Assembly (NCBI GenBank): GCA_002840905.1
Contig: PHDD01000001.1
Span: 43,033-107,032, forward strand
Direction of reading: 5' to 3'
Origin: Bacteroidetes bacterium HGW-Bacteroidetes-4
Lineage (GTDB): Bacteria > Bacteroidota > Bacteroidia > Bacteroidales > SZUA-534
DNA: 64,000 nucleotides
In this document: piece after piece, positions 27,470-36,961 of the stretch
How positions within the stretch are numbered: position 1 is the first letter of the stretch
How the letters are laid out: every line of letters begins with the position of its first letter
Translations under genes and position numbers: made by a program
The notes under the pieces: model-generated
Database searches by the model: none
Seen by the model: the letters and a program-made list of their open reading frames with translations, nothing else
What the model was told of the DNA's origin: nothing

Positions 27470-28103
27470 CCACTAGCTTTTCATAATTCTCACGGCCCTC
27501 GTTCCAAAAAGCATCACCCTTGCGAATGGTGATTTTGAAAACCTTATAATTCTTTTTGCTGATACCTATAAGTACATCTTTTTCACTACCAGCAAGTGTC
27601 ATATAAAAAAACCGTTGACGCGGGTATTTGAAGTGCCTGCAAGCGGCTTCAAATTGTTCCTGTGTTTCGGCTGTTGTGGTTTTAATGTCACCACCCCAAC
27701 CAAATTTAGACATCCATAAATCCCACTTACACCGGGCATCAAGCGTGAACTCAATGTTGCCAATTTTATGGTGCACCCACTTATGCATAATCTGTTGGCA
27801 ATCGGCATTGTCAACCATTAGTTTTGCAAGCGGGTCTAGCATAAATGCAGCTTTCATTTTAATGGCTTGCTGCATTTGCTCGTTTGTAAAAATATGGCCG
27901 TTGCATGAGTTCCGGTAAACGTCAACCTTTTCAGGTTCGGTTATCAGGTGGTCAACTAGGTTACCAAAAGCATATGCTTCGGTGGGGTCAAAATCCTGGG
28001 TTTTTGCCTCAAGTAATCCTAAATCTGAATTACTCATAGCCGAATGCTTGTAGTAATCATCAGGAAGGATTACCTGAGGGTTGTCTTTTACAATTAGTTC
28101 CAT
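27438..28103 (-). CDS. PD-(D/E)XK exonuclease (RecE/ExoVIII-like)
   Basis: MSNSDL, FGNLVD, RCKWD...GDIKTT, YPRQRFFY. Confidence 0.8.
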   Translation of the reverse strand: MELIVKDNPQVILPDDYYKHSAMSNSDLGLLEAKTQDFDPTEAYAFGNLVDHLITEPEKVDVYRNSCNGHIFTNEQMQQAIKMKAAFMLDPLAKLMVDNADCQQIMHKWVHHKIGNIEFTLDARCKWDLWMSKFGWGGDIKTTTAETQEQFEAACRHFKYPRQRFFYMTLAGSEKDVLIGISKKNYKVFKITIRKGDAFWNEGRENYEKLVVEYWKLYGNE

Positions 28104-29293
28104 TAGGCTGTAACTGCTTTTTGTTTATACTCTTCCTCATATTTCAGATAAGGACTTTTTATGAACTCTTCAGTTTTGTGGGCATGGCTTTCACAAAAGC
28201 GTTTCATGCGGTCTAGGGTTACCTTTGCAGCATCGTCAATGCTCATGTTTTTTCCCTGTTGTTCAAACCATAGGTTCATTATTGGCAACCATCCCATGGG
28301 GTGGGTTAGCAGTATAAAATAGCCGGTGCGTTTGGGTTTATCAACAGACTCAGCGTTATCAAACAGGTTGGCCATATTGGCTTCAGTTTTTTGTTGCTGT
28401 GATGCTGCACGGGCGGCCTCTTCATCCTCTTTTTGTTTGCGGGCAATTTCAGCCGCTTTTTCCGCTTCGCGTTTTTTGGCCTCAGCCTCAAGGCGCTTTT
28501 TCTCAGATGCACTGGCTTTTTCAATAGCTTCCAGTTCATTCTTTTTAGCCTGGTATTCGTTCGATATCTCAAGCTTTAAATCGGCCAGTTCTTTTTTAAG
28601 TTTTGCGTTAAGCCCGTCACGCATGGGTAACATGGTTTCTTTACGAATGCTGTCTGACTCTTCTTTGCTTATATAAAGCGGAGAGTATGGCATTACAAAG
28701 GTCCGGTAAACCTCAATGGTAATTTCAGCATCAAATTCATTGATAAACTTTACAGTTTCAGCCCAATCTTTTAAGGTTATCTGGTTAAAAATTGAACGCA
28801 ATTCAGTTTTTACCTCAGTGCTATAAGCGGCAAACTTAATGTTCACGTGCTCAATAACGTTGGCCTTAAGCTCGGCACGTTCTTTATCCTGGTTAATTTT
28901 CAATTGCTTTTCACGCTCAACTTTGGCAGCCTCTTCAGCTAATTGTCGGGCATAATCATCGCGGTATTTTTGAAGCCTGAAATAAGTTGTTTCAGGGCGT
29001 TTGGGGTCAAGTAACTGTTCAGCTTCGGTGAACGATTTGCTTATTGCCTGTAATATGCTTGTGATAGGCTTGCGCTTTTCCTCTACATCCTTTTTTACAG
29101 CTTTTAGTTTAACAAGGTGGCTGTTTATCTCAGAATCCATTTCTTTGCTCATTCCACTGTTTTGGACCTTTGCAAGCAGCGATTCACCGGCTGTAACAGC
29201 ACGTTCAATGTAACCTATGTTACGTTGCAATACTTCTGGAGCCTGTGTGGCTATTGAATTGAAGTTTTCGTATTTTTGAATTTCATTACTCAT
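28103..29293 (-). CDS. Long coiled-coil phage protein
   Basis: 396 aa, VEEKRKPIT, E/K/A-rich, between RecT and exonuclease. Confidence 0.7.
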   Translation of the reverse strand: MSNEIQKYENFNSIATQAPEVLQRNIGYIERAVTAGESLLAKVQNSGMSKEMDSEINSHLVKLKAVKKDVEEKRKPITSILQAISKSFTEAEQLLDPKRPETTYFRLQKYRDDYARQLAEEAAKVEREKQLKINQDKERAELKANVIEHVNIKFAAYSTEVKTELRSIFNQITLKDWAETVKFINEFDAEITIEVYRTFVMPYSPLYISKEESDSIRKETMLPMRDGLNAKLKKELADLKLEISNEYQAKKNELEAIEKASASEKKRLEAEAKKREAEKAAEIARKQKEDEEAARAASQQQKTEANMANLFDNAESVDKPKRTGYFILLTHPMGWLPIMNLWFEQQGKNMSIDDAAKVTLDRMKRFCESHAHKTEEFIKSPYLKYEEEYKQKAVTA

Positions 29294-29304
29294 GGCAGTA
29301 GATT

Positions 29305-30267
29305 TTAAAATAACATATCATCATCGTTTACAGTAACTCCCTGATTATTATCAGGAAAATCATCGGTATTAGCCTTTTCGGCTTTAGGTTCAGCTTTAGG
29401 TTCATCTTTAGGTACGCTGGTTTCTTTAACCACGTCAGCAGGTAATCCTAAATCTTCGGGTGATTCAACAGCCTCAAGAGCTGAAAAATTATTTAGCTTA
29501 AGTTTTGGAAACGAAAGGAAAGCGTGTTTTAAACATTTGGCTTTTAAAAAACCGATATCATCATAAAGCCGGTTTGCTTCACCCTTTACCTTTACCAGCT
29601 TGTCGTTGTTGGTGGCATCTTTAACCCACTTACCATTGTTTTCAGCTGAATAGTTTTTAAGGCGCTCAATACCCTCTTGGTCAAGGGTTCCAAATGTTAC
29701 CGAACCATCAGGCCGTACAATTCTCACGTAAATCAGTATTATCTTAGTGGTAGGGCGCGGGTGAGTTATCTTGTGGTATATACGGGCTCCATCGGGTGTG
29801 TTTTCCTGAACATACTCTTCACCTTCATAAATTACCTCCGGATTGTCGGCATACCGAACTTGTCCGGCACGTTCGCGTAGTACAAGTTCACCGTAGCCCG
29901 AAATATCAAGTAAGGCCCTTTTTTCCCATTTGTCAACGGTTTCGTTTTTTTCGTTTTTGGTTTTAATTTTAGCATTCCTAAACGTAATGTAACATAGGGC
30001 TTTACTACCGTTGTCAAGCGTTAAACCTTTGGTTGCAACATCTAAAAATACGCTGAACAACGATAAGGGTGTGCATTGTGCCAGTTCCGGATTCTCAGTG
30101 AGAATCTTTGAGAAATAAAACTTTTCCCTTTCATAGGCAATCAGTCCATCGCTACCATGAATCTGGGTAAAAATATCGACAAACCTTTTTTCGGTAACTG
30201 GGTGTTCGATAATTTCAACAGGCTTGAGCGTTGGAAGTTCTTTGTTAAAAAAATTCTTTCGGTCCAT
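29305..30267 (-). CDS. recT: RecT-family ssDNA annealing protein
   Basis: LAQCTPLSL, GLTLD, ISGYGEL, VIYEGE motifs; acidic tail ending DDDMLF. Confidence 0.8.
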   Translation of the reverse strand: MDRKNFFNKELPTLKPVEIIEHPVTEKRFVDIFTQIHGSDGLIAYEREKFYFSKILTENPELAQCTPLSLFSVFLDVATKGLTLDNGSKALCYITFRNAKIKTKNEKNETVDKWEKRALLDISGYGELVLRERAGQVRYADNPEVIYEGEEYVQENTPDGARIYHKITHPRPTTKIILIYVRIVRPDGSVTFGTLDQEGIERLKNYSAENNGKWVKDATNNDKLVKVKGEANRLYDDIGFLKAKCLKHAFLSFPKLKLNNFSALEAVESPEDLGLPADVVKETSVPKDEPKAEPKAEKANTDDFPDNNQGVTVNDDDMLF

Positions 30268-30288
30268 TTTCTCTCTCCTTTAAAATGT

Positions 30289-30495
30289 TTAGTTATAATC
30301 TTCTCCGGTCAATTGTTTGATTGTCCGTTTTTTGTATTCGTAATATTCGCCTGTTGTAATAGGCTCTTTGGGCTGGTGAATTACATGCTTACCTTTAAAT
30401 TCAACTGTAATTCGGTTCCTGCGTAAATCAACATTGAATAGTAAATCGCTGCTGATTATGTCTTCGAAAATTTCGGAGTGTGCTGTAGCGTTCAT
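30289..30495 (-). CDS. Small hypothetical protein
   Basis: 68 aa in the early operon. Confidence 0.55.
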   Translation of the reverse strand: MNATAHSEIFEDIISSDLLFNVDLRRNRITVEFKGKHVIHQPKEPITTGEYYEYKKRTIKQLTGEDYN

Positions 30496-30767
30496 ATGAT
30501 AAAGATTGAAAGTTCATCATCGCAGCCACAGTCAAGGCATTTCCCCTGTTTCGAAAGTGGGTTATTGTTTGGCGCTATTTCATTACACTGTTCGTCAATG
30601 TAATACCGGTGAATGTTAGTTGAGTTACATTTTGGGCAACTGAACTCACTGGCTTTCTCAAGCCTCCTGAACTTGTGTTCAATTCTTGGCTTAATGGTTT
30701 CGTTTGTACCCAGCAACCAGTTAAATTCTCTGTACCGGGTTGGGTTTGCTACAAATACTGCTTCCAT
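30492..30767 (-). CDS. Zinc-ribbon hypothetical protein
   Basis: CPKCNS...CLDCG. Confidence 0.6.
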   Translation of the reverse strand: MEAVFVANPTRYREFNWLLGTNETIKPRIEHKFRRLEKASEFSCPKCNSTNIHRYYIDEQCNEIAPNNNPLSKQGKCLDCGCDDELSIFII

Positions 30768-30771
30768 AGTA

Positions 30772-31062
30772 TTAAAAATTAGGGTTACTCATTATTTTCT
30801 CTACATAATTCAAGTCCTTACGGCTAACCACTATGGGGCTGTTCTTTTTTGTCGGGTCCAGTTTTCTCTCATTTAGGTACCCGGCATCAACAGCACGTTG
30901 GTAGGTTGGTTTGCCTATTCTTGTTTCGGCTTCGGTTTTTCGTACATATTCCGGTAATTTGCCTTGGTGAATGAGCGTTTTTTCCTCTCCATTTTGCTCT
31001 CCAAGCAAATAAGCTTTTCGGAGTATTTTTTCTAATTGTATGTCAGTTACAGTAAGAACCAT
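30772..31062 (-). CDS. Hypothetical DNA-binding protein (xis-like, tentative)
   Basis: YVRKTEAETRIGKPTYQRAVDAGYL resembles a MerR-like HTH. Confidence 0.5.
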   Translation of the reverse strand: MVLTVTDIQLEKILRKAYLLGEQNGEEKTLIHQGKLPEYVRKTEAETRIGKPTYQRAVDAGYLNERKLDPTKKNSPIVVSRKDLNYVEKIMSNPNF

Positions 31063-31063
31063 A

Positions 31064-31387
31064 TTAGAAATTTATATACGTTGAAATAAAAGCCTTTACA
31101 TTTTGCCAGAACGATTCATCAATAAAAAGAAACTGAAGACCGATAACCACTATAACTGCAATAGCCCCGATGATAATTTTCTTAATGTTGATACCGGCAT
31201 AATCTTCCAGAACACGGATGTAAATCTGTAACTCATCATTAGCATTAAGCTTATTCATTATATTCTGATAATGAGTTTTGATGGTTAGCTCACTCCGGTG
31301 TGTTTTGTCCGCAATTTCTTTGCGTGTAAATCCCATTAAACGGAGTTTGATAATTTGCAATTCGGTATCAGAAAGTACAGCACTCAT
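31064..31387 (-). CDS. LuxR-type HTH protein with C-terminal hydrophobic helix
   Basis: LSDTELQII..GFTRKEIAD..SELTIKTHYQNIMNKL; IIIGAIAVIVVIGLQFLFI. Confidence 0.8.
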   Translation of the reverse strand: MSAVLSDTELQIIKLRLMGFTRKEIADKTHRSELTIKTHYQNIMNKLNANDELQIYIRVLEDYAGINIKKIIIGAIAVIVVIGLQFLFIDESFWQNVKAFISTYINF

Positions 31388-31389
31388 GG

Positions 31390-31617
31390 TTAGGCTACTT
31401 TAATGGGTTCACCGGTCCAGGCGTTGAAACCATACTTTTCAAACACAGCTTCAACTTTCTCCGACTCTTCATCGGTAAGGGCGCGGGTGTGGTTTTTCTT
31501 CATTGAAAAATACTGAGGCGTTGCCCACCCACACTGGCTCATAATTTCGTCTCTTACATTACTCTGTATGTTGCCGGGCAAGTTTCCGTATGCCAGGGCA
31601 AAGCTTTTTTTACTCAT
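31390..31617 (-). CDS. Cro-like HTH protein
   Basis: 75 aa, IMSQCGWATPQYFSMKKN; near the start of the leftward early operon. Confidence 0.6.
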   Translation of the reverse strand: MSKKSFALAYGNLPGNIQSNVRDEIMSQCGWATPQYFSMKKNHTRALTDEESEKVEAVFEKYGFNAWTGEPIKVA

Positions 31618-31649
31618 TTTATAGTATTGTTTATATTGTTAACATTGCT

Positions 31650-31657
31650 TAAGTTTG
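31650..31657 (+). promoter_or_regulatory. Putative rightward promoter -7 element (TAAGTTTG) toward repressor
   Basis: TAnnTTTG with ATTG ~20 nt upstream. Confidence 0.35.
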
Positions 31658-31666
31658 TATCAAGAG

Positions 31667-31852
31667 TTATTTTAACAATAGGCGTTGTCGCAATTGCCAT
31701 AGGGTTTCCTCATCTTGTGGAGTAGGGTTTAATACCTGTAAGTGCAAGGTGTGGTAATTAAAAATGGTCAATTTGTCGTTGCTTGAAAGCCCGCCCAATT
31801 TTTCTGAATGGTCTTTAAAGTCTTGCTTAATTGTTTCTAATAATTCTTGCAT
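31667..31852 (-). CDS. Small hypothetical protein, first early gene
   Basis: Start re-assigned to MQELLETIK (31852) because a promoter motif lies in the longer ORF. Confidence 0.55.
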   Translation of the reverse strand: MQELLETIKQDFKDHSEKLGGLSSNDKLTIFNYHTLHLQVLNPTPQDEETLWQLRQRLLLK

Positions 31853-31877
31853 GATGTTTATTATTAAATCTGTGTTA

Positions 31878-31921
31878 CAAATATAAACAAAAAGATTATA
31901 TATAAACAAGAAAAGATTATA
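31878..31921 (-). promoter_or_regulatory. Leftward early promoter (TATATTTG -7, CTTG -33) overlapped by tandem operator-like repeats
   Basis: caaatata 31878-31885, caag 31907-31910 (21-nt spacing); ATATAAACAA(G)AAAAGATTATA-like unit x2. Confidence 0.6.
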
Positions 31922-31953
31922 AAAATGAATATATTTTTTAAAATATTTTTCAA

Positions 31954-32370
31954 ATGATTGATTTAAAGAAATTTAGGAAGGATAATAAAATTAAGCAATC
32001 TACTATTTGTGAAATTCTTGGAGTTGCACAACCCTATATTTCTGCAATTGAAAGCGGCAAAAGACCATTAAGCGAAGATAAATTCAATCTACTATATAAA
32101 CATTTTGGTGATATATTGCTAAAATATAGAAAACCCGATTTTATTGATATTTTAAAAAAAGAATCAAATAAAACTTATCCTGATTTCACCCCTTTATTGC
32201 ATGAGCTTAGAGAACAAAGCGTTGTTTACGAATCAAAGGATGATAAAATTGCATTAATTAATACATTGAAAAGGCAACTTGAAGATAAAGACACTATTAT
32301 TGAATTGTTAAGGAATGAAAATGATTTACTTAGAGAAAAACTAGGCCTTATAAATAAACAAACCGGTTAA
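31954..32370 (+). CDS. XRE-family repressor (cI-like), no S24 peptidase domain
   Basis: LKKFRKDNKIKQSTICEILGVAQPYISAIESGKRPL; C-terminal coiled coil; divergent from the early operon. Confidence 0.8.
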   Translation: MIDLKKFRKDNKIKQSTICEILGVAQPYISAIESGKRPLSEDKFNLLYKHFGDILLKYRKPDFIDILKKESNKTYPDFTPLLHELREQSVVYESKDDKIALINTLKRQLEDKDTIIELLRNENDLLREKLGLINKQTG

Positions 32371-32481
32371 AAGTTATTTACAATAGGGGGGCATACCGCA
32401 ACAATGCAGTAGGCACCGAACCCTGTATTTAGAAGCTTTTCCCATTGTTTGCATTAACGCATTTGTATATAGTTTATTGTT

Positions 32482-32733
32482 ATGTTAAATGTTGTTTCGT
32501 TTTTGGTTAGTTGTATATTAATAGGCTTCATGCTTACCCTAATCGGAAAGGCCCTGTTTTATCCTGTATTTAAAATTTGGGAAGGTTTTGTAAAGATTAG
32601 TACCATTGGTCTTGATGAAACCAGAATACCGGAAGATATGTTTGATGATTATTTTGAAGCTGAGTTTAGCGGGAAAGAGTACTTTTATACCAGGCCCAGT
32701 TTATTTGAACAATATAAAATGAATACACAATGA
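32482..32733 (+). CDS. Small membrane protein
   Basis: N-terminal hydrophobic helix. Confidence 0.5.
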   Translation: MLNVVSFLVSCILIGFMLTLIGKALFYPVFKIWEGFVKISTIGLDETRIPEDMFDDYFEAEFSGKEYFYTRPSLFEQYKMNTQ

Positions 32734-33068
32734 ACGATGATGGATTACTAATTGCAGGAATTATTTCTATTGTACTTATTATTTTTTTCATCCGGTTATC
32801 TGTTGATGTCAGAAAAATAAGACTAAAGCAAAATTCAAATTCTTATTTGAAAAATAAAGCTATTGCAAAAATCATTGCAAACAGTAATAACTATAAAGAA
32901 GCTACAATTGAGTATTTAGCCACTGTAGCAAATTATTATTCTAGCTTTTACTCTAAGGTTGAAGACCTGGAAAAGCAAATCAAAAGGTCGGAGAGTGATT
33001 TAATAGGAAAGGCTAACATTACAAATGAAGAATTGAATGAGGTTTGTAAGATGGTATTGAAAGTGTAA
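32730..33068 (+). CDS. Small membrane protein
   Basis: LLIAGIISIVLIIFFI TM helix. Confidence 0.6.
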   Translation: MNDDGLLIAGIISIVLIIFFIRLSVDVRKIRLKQNSNSYLKNKAIAKIIANSNNYKEATIEYLATVANYYSSFYSKVEDLEKQIKRSESDLIGKANITNEELNEVCKMVLKV

Positions 33069-33130
33069 TTTTTTAACTAATTATTATATGGAATGAGCAA
33101 ATAAATTTATAAACCAAAACCATTAGTACT

Positions 33131-33856
33131 ATGAAAAATTCAATTATCCTACTAGGCATTTTTGCCATGTTAATATCCTGCACCAAGGATGAAGCTAAAT
33201 CAAGCTTGGATCTTAATTCAAGTTCAATTACAATTCATTACGATGAATCGTATAAATTAAGCTACACCGTAACACCTGAAAATAGTGAAATTCTTTGGTT
33301 TTCAAGCGATGAATATATTGCAAAAGTAAACCAAGAGGGGAGTGTAAGCGGCCAGCATATTGGTGAAACAGATATAAAGGCTAAAACCACCGATAAAGAA
33401 GCATTTTCCAAGGTAACCATAAAACCGTATTTTGATTATTTTAAGGAACCTATTGTGGACTTTGGGTCCTCAATGACCTATGTAAAAGAAAACGAACCTA
33501 GTAATTTATTGAACGAAATTACCGATGGACTTTTATATGAAGGTAGCAGTATATATGTTGATTATTTAATGTATATTTTCGAAAGCCAAAAACTGACATC
33601 TGCTTCTTACATTCTTTCAGACAACATATTAACTGTTAACAGTACTGACTTTTCTACATTTTTTAAAGAAAGGTACAACCCTTTTGGCGTGGCAGATGAT
33701 ATTGTTATGTACCGTAATAATGAAATGGTTGTTGCAATTCAAGTTTATGAAGGTGTATTGATGGTTATGTACATTGAATACACATCAAAAAAATCTAATG
33801 ATTACATTACTGAATTTAAGAAGAACCGTGAAAAATTAATAGCTCAATTACAATAA
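33131..33856 (+). CDS. Lipoprotein with bacterial Ig-like (Big_2) domain
   Basis: Lipobox LISC; WFSSDEYIAKVNQEGSVSGQHIGETDI. Confidence 0.8.
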   Translation: MKNSIILLGIFAMLISCTKDEAKSSLDLNSSSITIHYDESYKLSYTVTPENSEILWFSSDEYIAKVNQEGSVSGQHIGETDIKAKTTDKEAFSKVTIKPYFDYFKEPIVDFGSSMTYVKENEPSNLLNEITDGLLYEGSSIYVDYLMYIFESQKLTSASYILSDNILTVNSTDFSTFFKERYNPFGVADDIVMYRNNEMVVAIQVYEGVLMVMYIEYTSKKSNDYITEFKKNREKLIAQLQ

Positions 33857-33857
33857 A

Positions 33858-34625
33858 ATGTTCAGGCTTACATTCTCCAGAAACTCTTCAAAGTATTTCG
33901 AAAAGGCTGTTGAAATAGTCCGGGGTCTTGGCGGAACCTTAAATGGTGATGTGGCTGTTTTAGAGATACCGGAATATGAACTGTTGGAGGCATACCAGAA
34001 ACTTGTTCCTTTGCTTGTTTTAGTTCAAAAATGGAAGGGCCTTAAAGCATGGTATAATAATAAAGAGGTTAAAGCTTTCGATTTTTTATTTAATGCATGG
34101 AGAAACATAGGGGAGTGTGCAAAAAGAAAAATTGAATTTGGTAATTCAATTTATTGTTGGCCTGATATTGATATTGAAGAGTGGGGGTGTCACCGGTTAA
34201 CCAGTGTTCCGGGTAGAATGCTTAGAGGTACTGGTAATTTTGAACGTAATGGCCGGTACTGGTACAACCTTGGAGCGTTTGAAAGCCAAACTATCTGGAA
34301 AGTTGACAAGGAACAGCTGTTTGCGGTATTAAAAAACCGTGCTGAGCATAGTGGCGTATCACTTTGCCCGTTCTTCAGTATTGAAAGAATAAAAGAAATT
34401 ATAGATAAATTACCTACTATAATTATGGTTGATGGGATTCACTTCCGGTATTACATCCCCCCGGGGGAATCCCATCCAACCAACATTAGGCATATACCCA
34501 AAGAGCAATCTATAATAAGTACACCTGTTGGCGCCTCATATTCAGTTACCGCTGAACTACACTACATAGGCCAGAATATTCAACCATTGAAAAAAGCGTT
34601 TGAAAAAGGAATGGGGAGGAATTGA
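33858..34625 (+). CDS. Hypothetical protein with spaced Cys residues
   Basis: 255 aa, C..C..WGCHRL..CPFF. Confidence 0.65.
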   Translation: MFRLTFSRNSSKYFEKAVEIVRGLGGTLNGDVAVLEIPEYELLEAYQKLVPLLVLVQKWKGLKAWYNNKEVKAFDFLFNAWRNIGECAKRKIEFGNSIYCWPDIDIEEWGCHRLTSVPGRMLRGTGNFERNGRYWYNLGAFESQTIWKVDKEQLFAVLKNRAEHSGVSLCPFFSIERIKEIIDKLPTIIMVDGIHFRYYIPPGESHPTNIRHIPKEQSIISTPVGASYSVTAELHYIGQNIQPLKKAFEKGMGRN

Positions 34626-34701
34626 TATAAAAATATGAAATAAAACAACTTTAATTAAAAAAGATCGTATATTTAGATGCAAATACAAAACCTAGAACCA
34701 C

Positions 34702-34938
34702 ATGTTAAAAGAAGAATTCAAATATTACCTTGAGAATCAGAAGGAGTTGGTGAAATTGTATCAGGGAAAGTTTTTGGTAATTAAAGACAAAAGTGTTGTT
34801 GGTGTCTATGAAAACGAATTCGATGCAATTGACGAGTCGTTGGGTAAATACGAGCCTGGTACTTTTTTGGTACAAGAGTGTTTGCCTGGTGATGAAAATT
34901 ACACACAAACCTTTCATTCAAGAGTAATATTTGCTTAA
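34702..34938 (+). CDS. DUF5678-like small protein
   Basis: [29 protein letters not shown] pattern. Confidence 0.7.
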   Translation: MLKEEFKYYLENQKELVKLYQGKFLVIKDKSVVGVYENEFDAIDESLGKYEPGTFLVQECLPGDENYTQTFHSRVIFA

Positions 34939-34940
34939 TC

Positions 34941-35564
34941 ATGCCCATTTTTAGCAACCTGAATCAAAAAGAGTCAAAAATAAAAATACATAATTTTACC
35001 ATAAATTACAATGGTAGAACTGGTGTTATTTTTACTGATATTTCAATTCTAAACCTTCCTTTAGGAAACCTTCCCCAGTTTAAACCATTTAAAACGAAAG
35101 CTATTTGGGATACCGGTGCATCTGGGTCAGTAATTACAAAGAAAATTGCATCAGAGCTTAATCTAATCCCAATGGGACAACAAATGGTTAAGGGTGTTAA
35201 TAGAGAGGAGATACGAAATGTTTATCATATTTCTATTATTTTGCCTAATGGTGTAAAGATAGATAATGTTAAAGCAACAGAATGTGACGAATTAAATGGT
35301 CCATTTGAAGTTTTAATAGGAATGGATATTATAAGCCTTGGTGATTTTGCATTAACAAACAAAGATGGTAAATCTGTTTTTACATTTAGAATACCTTCAA
35401 TTACAAGAATTGATTTTGTGAAAGAAGAGAATAATATAAATATCACAAGAATCAAAAATGAAGGAAAACCGGTAACAAGAGCTTTGAATAATTCTAGAGT
35501 GGGTAGAAATGATCCATGTCCTTGTGGAAGTGGCCTTAAGTATAAAAAGTGTCACGGCAAATAG
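34941..35564 (+). CDS. Retropepsin-like aspartic protease with C-terminal SEC-C metal-binding motif
   Basis: [36 protein letters not shown]. Confidence 0.9.
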   Translation: MPIFSNLNQKESKIKIHNFTINYNGRTGVIFTDISILNLPLGNLPQFKPFKTKAIWDTGASGSVITKKIASELNLIPMGQQMVKGVNREEIRNVYHISIILPNGVKIDNVKATECDELNGPFEVLIGMDIISLGDFALTNKDGKSVFTFRIPSITRIDFVKEENNINITRIKNEGKPVTRALNNSRVGRNDPCPCGSGLKYKKCHGK

Positions 35565-36775
35565 ATTACCATGTCAATAACCTTTCTATTTGCATCATCC
35601 ATCAAACCTCTTTTCTTTTTAATATAGTGAGCCCCGGCCAGGGTTTTACTTAACTTATGTCCTAGGGCAAAATCAATAATACTTTCCGGAACCTCACATT
35701 CATTAAAGGCAACAGTTGCCCAGGTGTATCGGGCATAACCTAATGTGAATTCAGGTATTTTCAAATCATCTGCAATTCGTCTTAAAAACTTAGCCATATA
35801 TTTGGTAAAGTTATTTACTGTTGAATACCGTTCCTGGAAACTGAAGTATTTTGTTTTGCCCCTTAACTTATTAATAAGCTCTAAAGCTTCCGGTTCAATT
35901 TTTATAGAGTGTCCAACCTCTGTTTTTGAACGGTCGAAAAACACCCGGCCATTGGCAATATACCCACCATTGTTTTCAAGATGATAAAGGTCAACGGCAT
36001 TTATACCAATAAGAAAGAAATCAAGCTTAAAAACGTCCAGGGCAAAAGCTTCATCATTATTAAGTGGGCAAATGGTAAAAAGGCTCCTTAAATCATCCAA
36101 GTCAATTACCCGGGGTTCTGAATCTTTTTTAAGCGCATTCACATTATAATATTTGAAAGGATAATACTCCGGGCTTAATAATTGACGCTCATCACTAATC
36201 AGCCGGTTGAATAAGGCTCTTAAATCTTTCATTTGGTTCCATACTCCACTGTTGGTTCCCCGGTCTCTTAAAAACTGTTCGTATGATTCCAGAAACTTTT
36301 TATCGATATGCCGGAACAGTAATTCTGAACGTGGCTTAATGAATTCCTGAATACCGTTTTTTAATGAGGTATAACAATCGGCTGTTCGGTTTGATGCCTT
36401 ACCGTTTCGTTTAAGTTCAGCCTCATATTTTTTGGTAAGTTCAGATATCACCCCATCCACATAATCAAAAAACTCAATTTCATTCTGTATTAGTTCTGAT
36501 TCAAGGTAATCCTTAATGTCTAAAACGGAGAGGTTTCCTAGTTTTGTAGAAATATCAAGTAATCTTCTTTCGTACTTATTAATGAGTTGACTTAGTTTGT
36601 CGTTATAAATATCGGCATTCGGATGATTCACAACCCTATTGTTTCTAAGCTGGTTTTTCTTTAAGTAATACTTTGTTTTTATGTAAGCGTTTTTTTGGTT
36701 GTGAACCACAAGAATTTTCACATTATATGTATTGTCTTTTTTCTTATCTTTAAGAACCGCTTTAAGCGTTGCCAT
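35552..36775 (-). CDS. Tyrosine integrase (Bacteroidota type)
   Basis: Arm-binding N-terminus, SAM-like domain, [23 protein letters not shown]; adjacent to att. Confidence 0.9.
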   Translation of the reverse strand: MATLKAVLKDKKKDNTYNVKILVVHNQKNAYIKTKYYLKKNQLRNNRVVNHPNADIYNDKLSQLINKYERRLLDISTKLGNLSVLDIKDYLESELIQNEIEFFDYVDGVISELTKKYEAELKRNGKASNRTADCYTSLKNGIQEFIKPRSELLFRHIDKKFLESYEQFLRDRGTNSGVWNQMKDLRALFNRLISDERQLLSPEYYPFKYYNVNALKKDSEPRVIDLDDLRSLFTICPLNNDEAFALDVFKLDFFLIGINAVDLYHLENNGGYIANGRVFFDRSKTEVGHSIKIEPEALELINKLRGKTKYFSFQERYSTVNNFTKYMAKFLRRIADDLKIPEFTLGYARYTWATVAFNECEVPESIIDFALGHKLSKTLAGAHYIKKKRGLMDDANRKVIDMVIYLP

Positions 36776-36838
36776 ATTTCCGTGAGTATTTCGTGAGTGA
36801 ATTAATGTACACTATATCATTTTGTAATATTTTGTAAA
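36775..36838. repeat. Tandem direct repeats, probable integrase arm/Xis sites
   Basis: TATTTCCGTGAG-TATTTCGTGAG; ATTTTGTAA x2. Confidence 0.5.
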
Positions 36839-36902
36839 TGTAGTGAAATTAACGAATACCAGAAACATCAAGGAAATCAATAGTTTGAATATGTTAAAAG
36901 AA

Positions 36903-36950
36903 TATGCCTGGGGGGCGTGGGGTCGAAGGTTCAAATCCTTTCATCCCGAC
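36903..36950 (+). other. att site: 3' half of tRNA-Pro(GGG)
   Basis: TATGC-CTGGGGG-GCGTG anticodon arm, GAAGG-TTCAAAT-CCTTT T arm, CATCCCGA; no 5' half upstream. Confidence 0.85.
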
Positions 36951-36961
36951 AAATTGACAGC

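Larger units (their letters stand above)
1..36950. mobile_element. Temperate prophage (siphovirus-like, Bacteroidota), right part; left end lies outside the window
   Basis: Ordered head/portal/terminase, replication, recombination, repressor and integrase genes, ending at a tRNA-Pro 3' fragment (att). Confidence 0.95.

Noticed and set aside
1-36950. Diversity-generating retroelement, retron or invertible cassette in the prophage
   Set aside because: No reverse transcriptase, TR/VR pair or invertase is visible in this part; tail-fibre region is outside the window.
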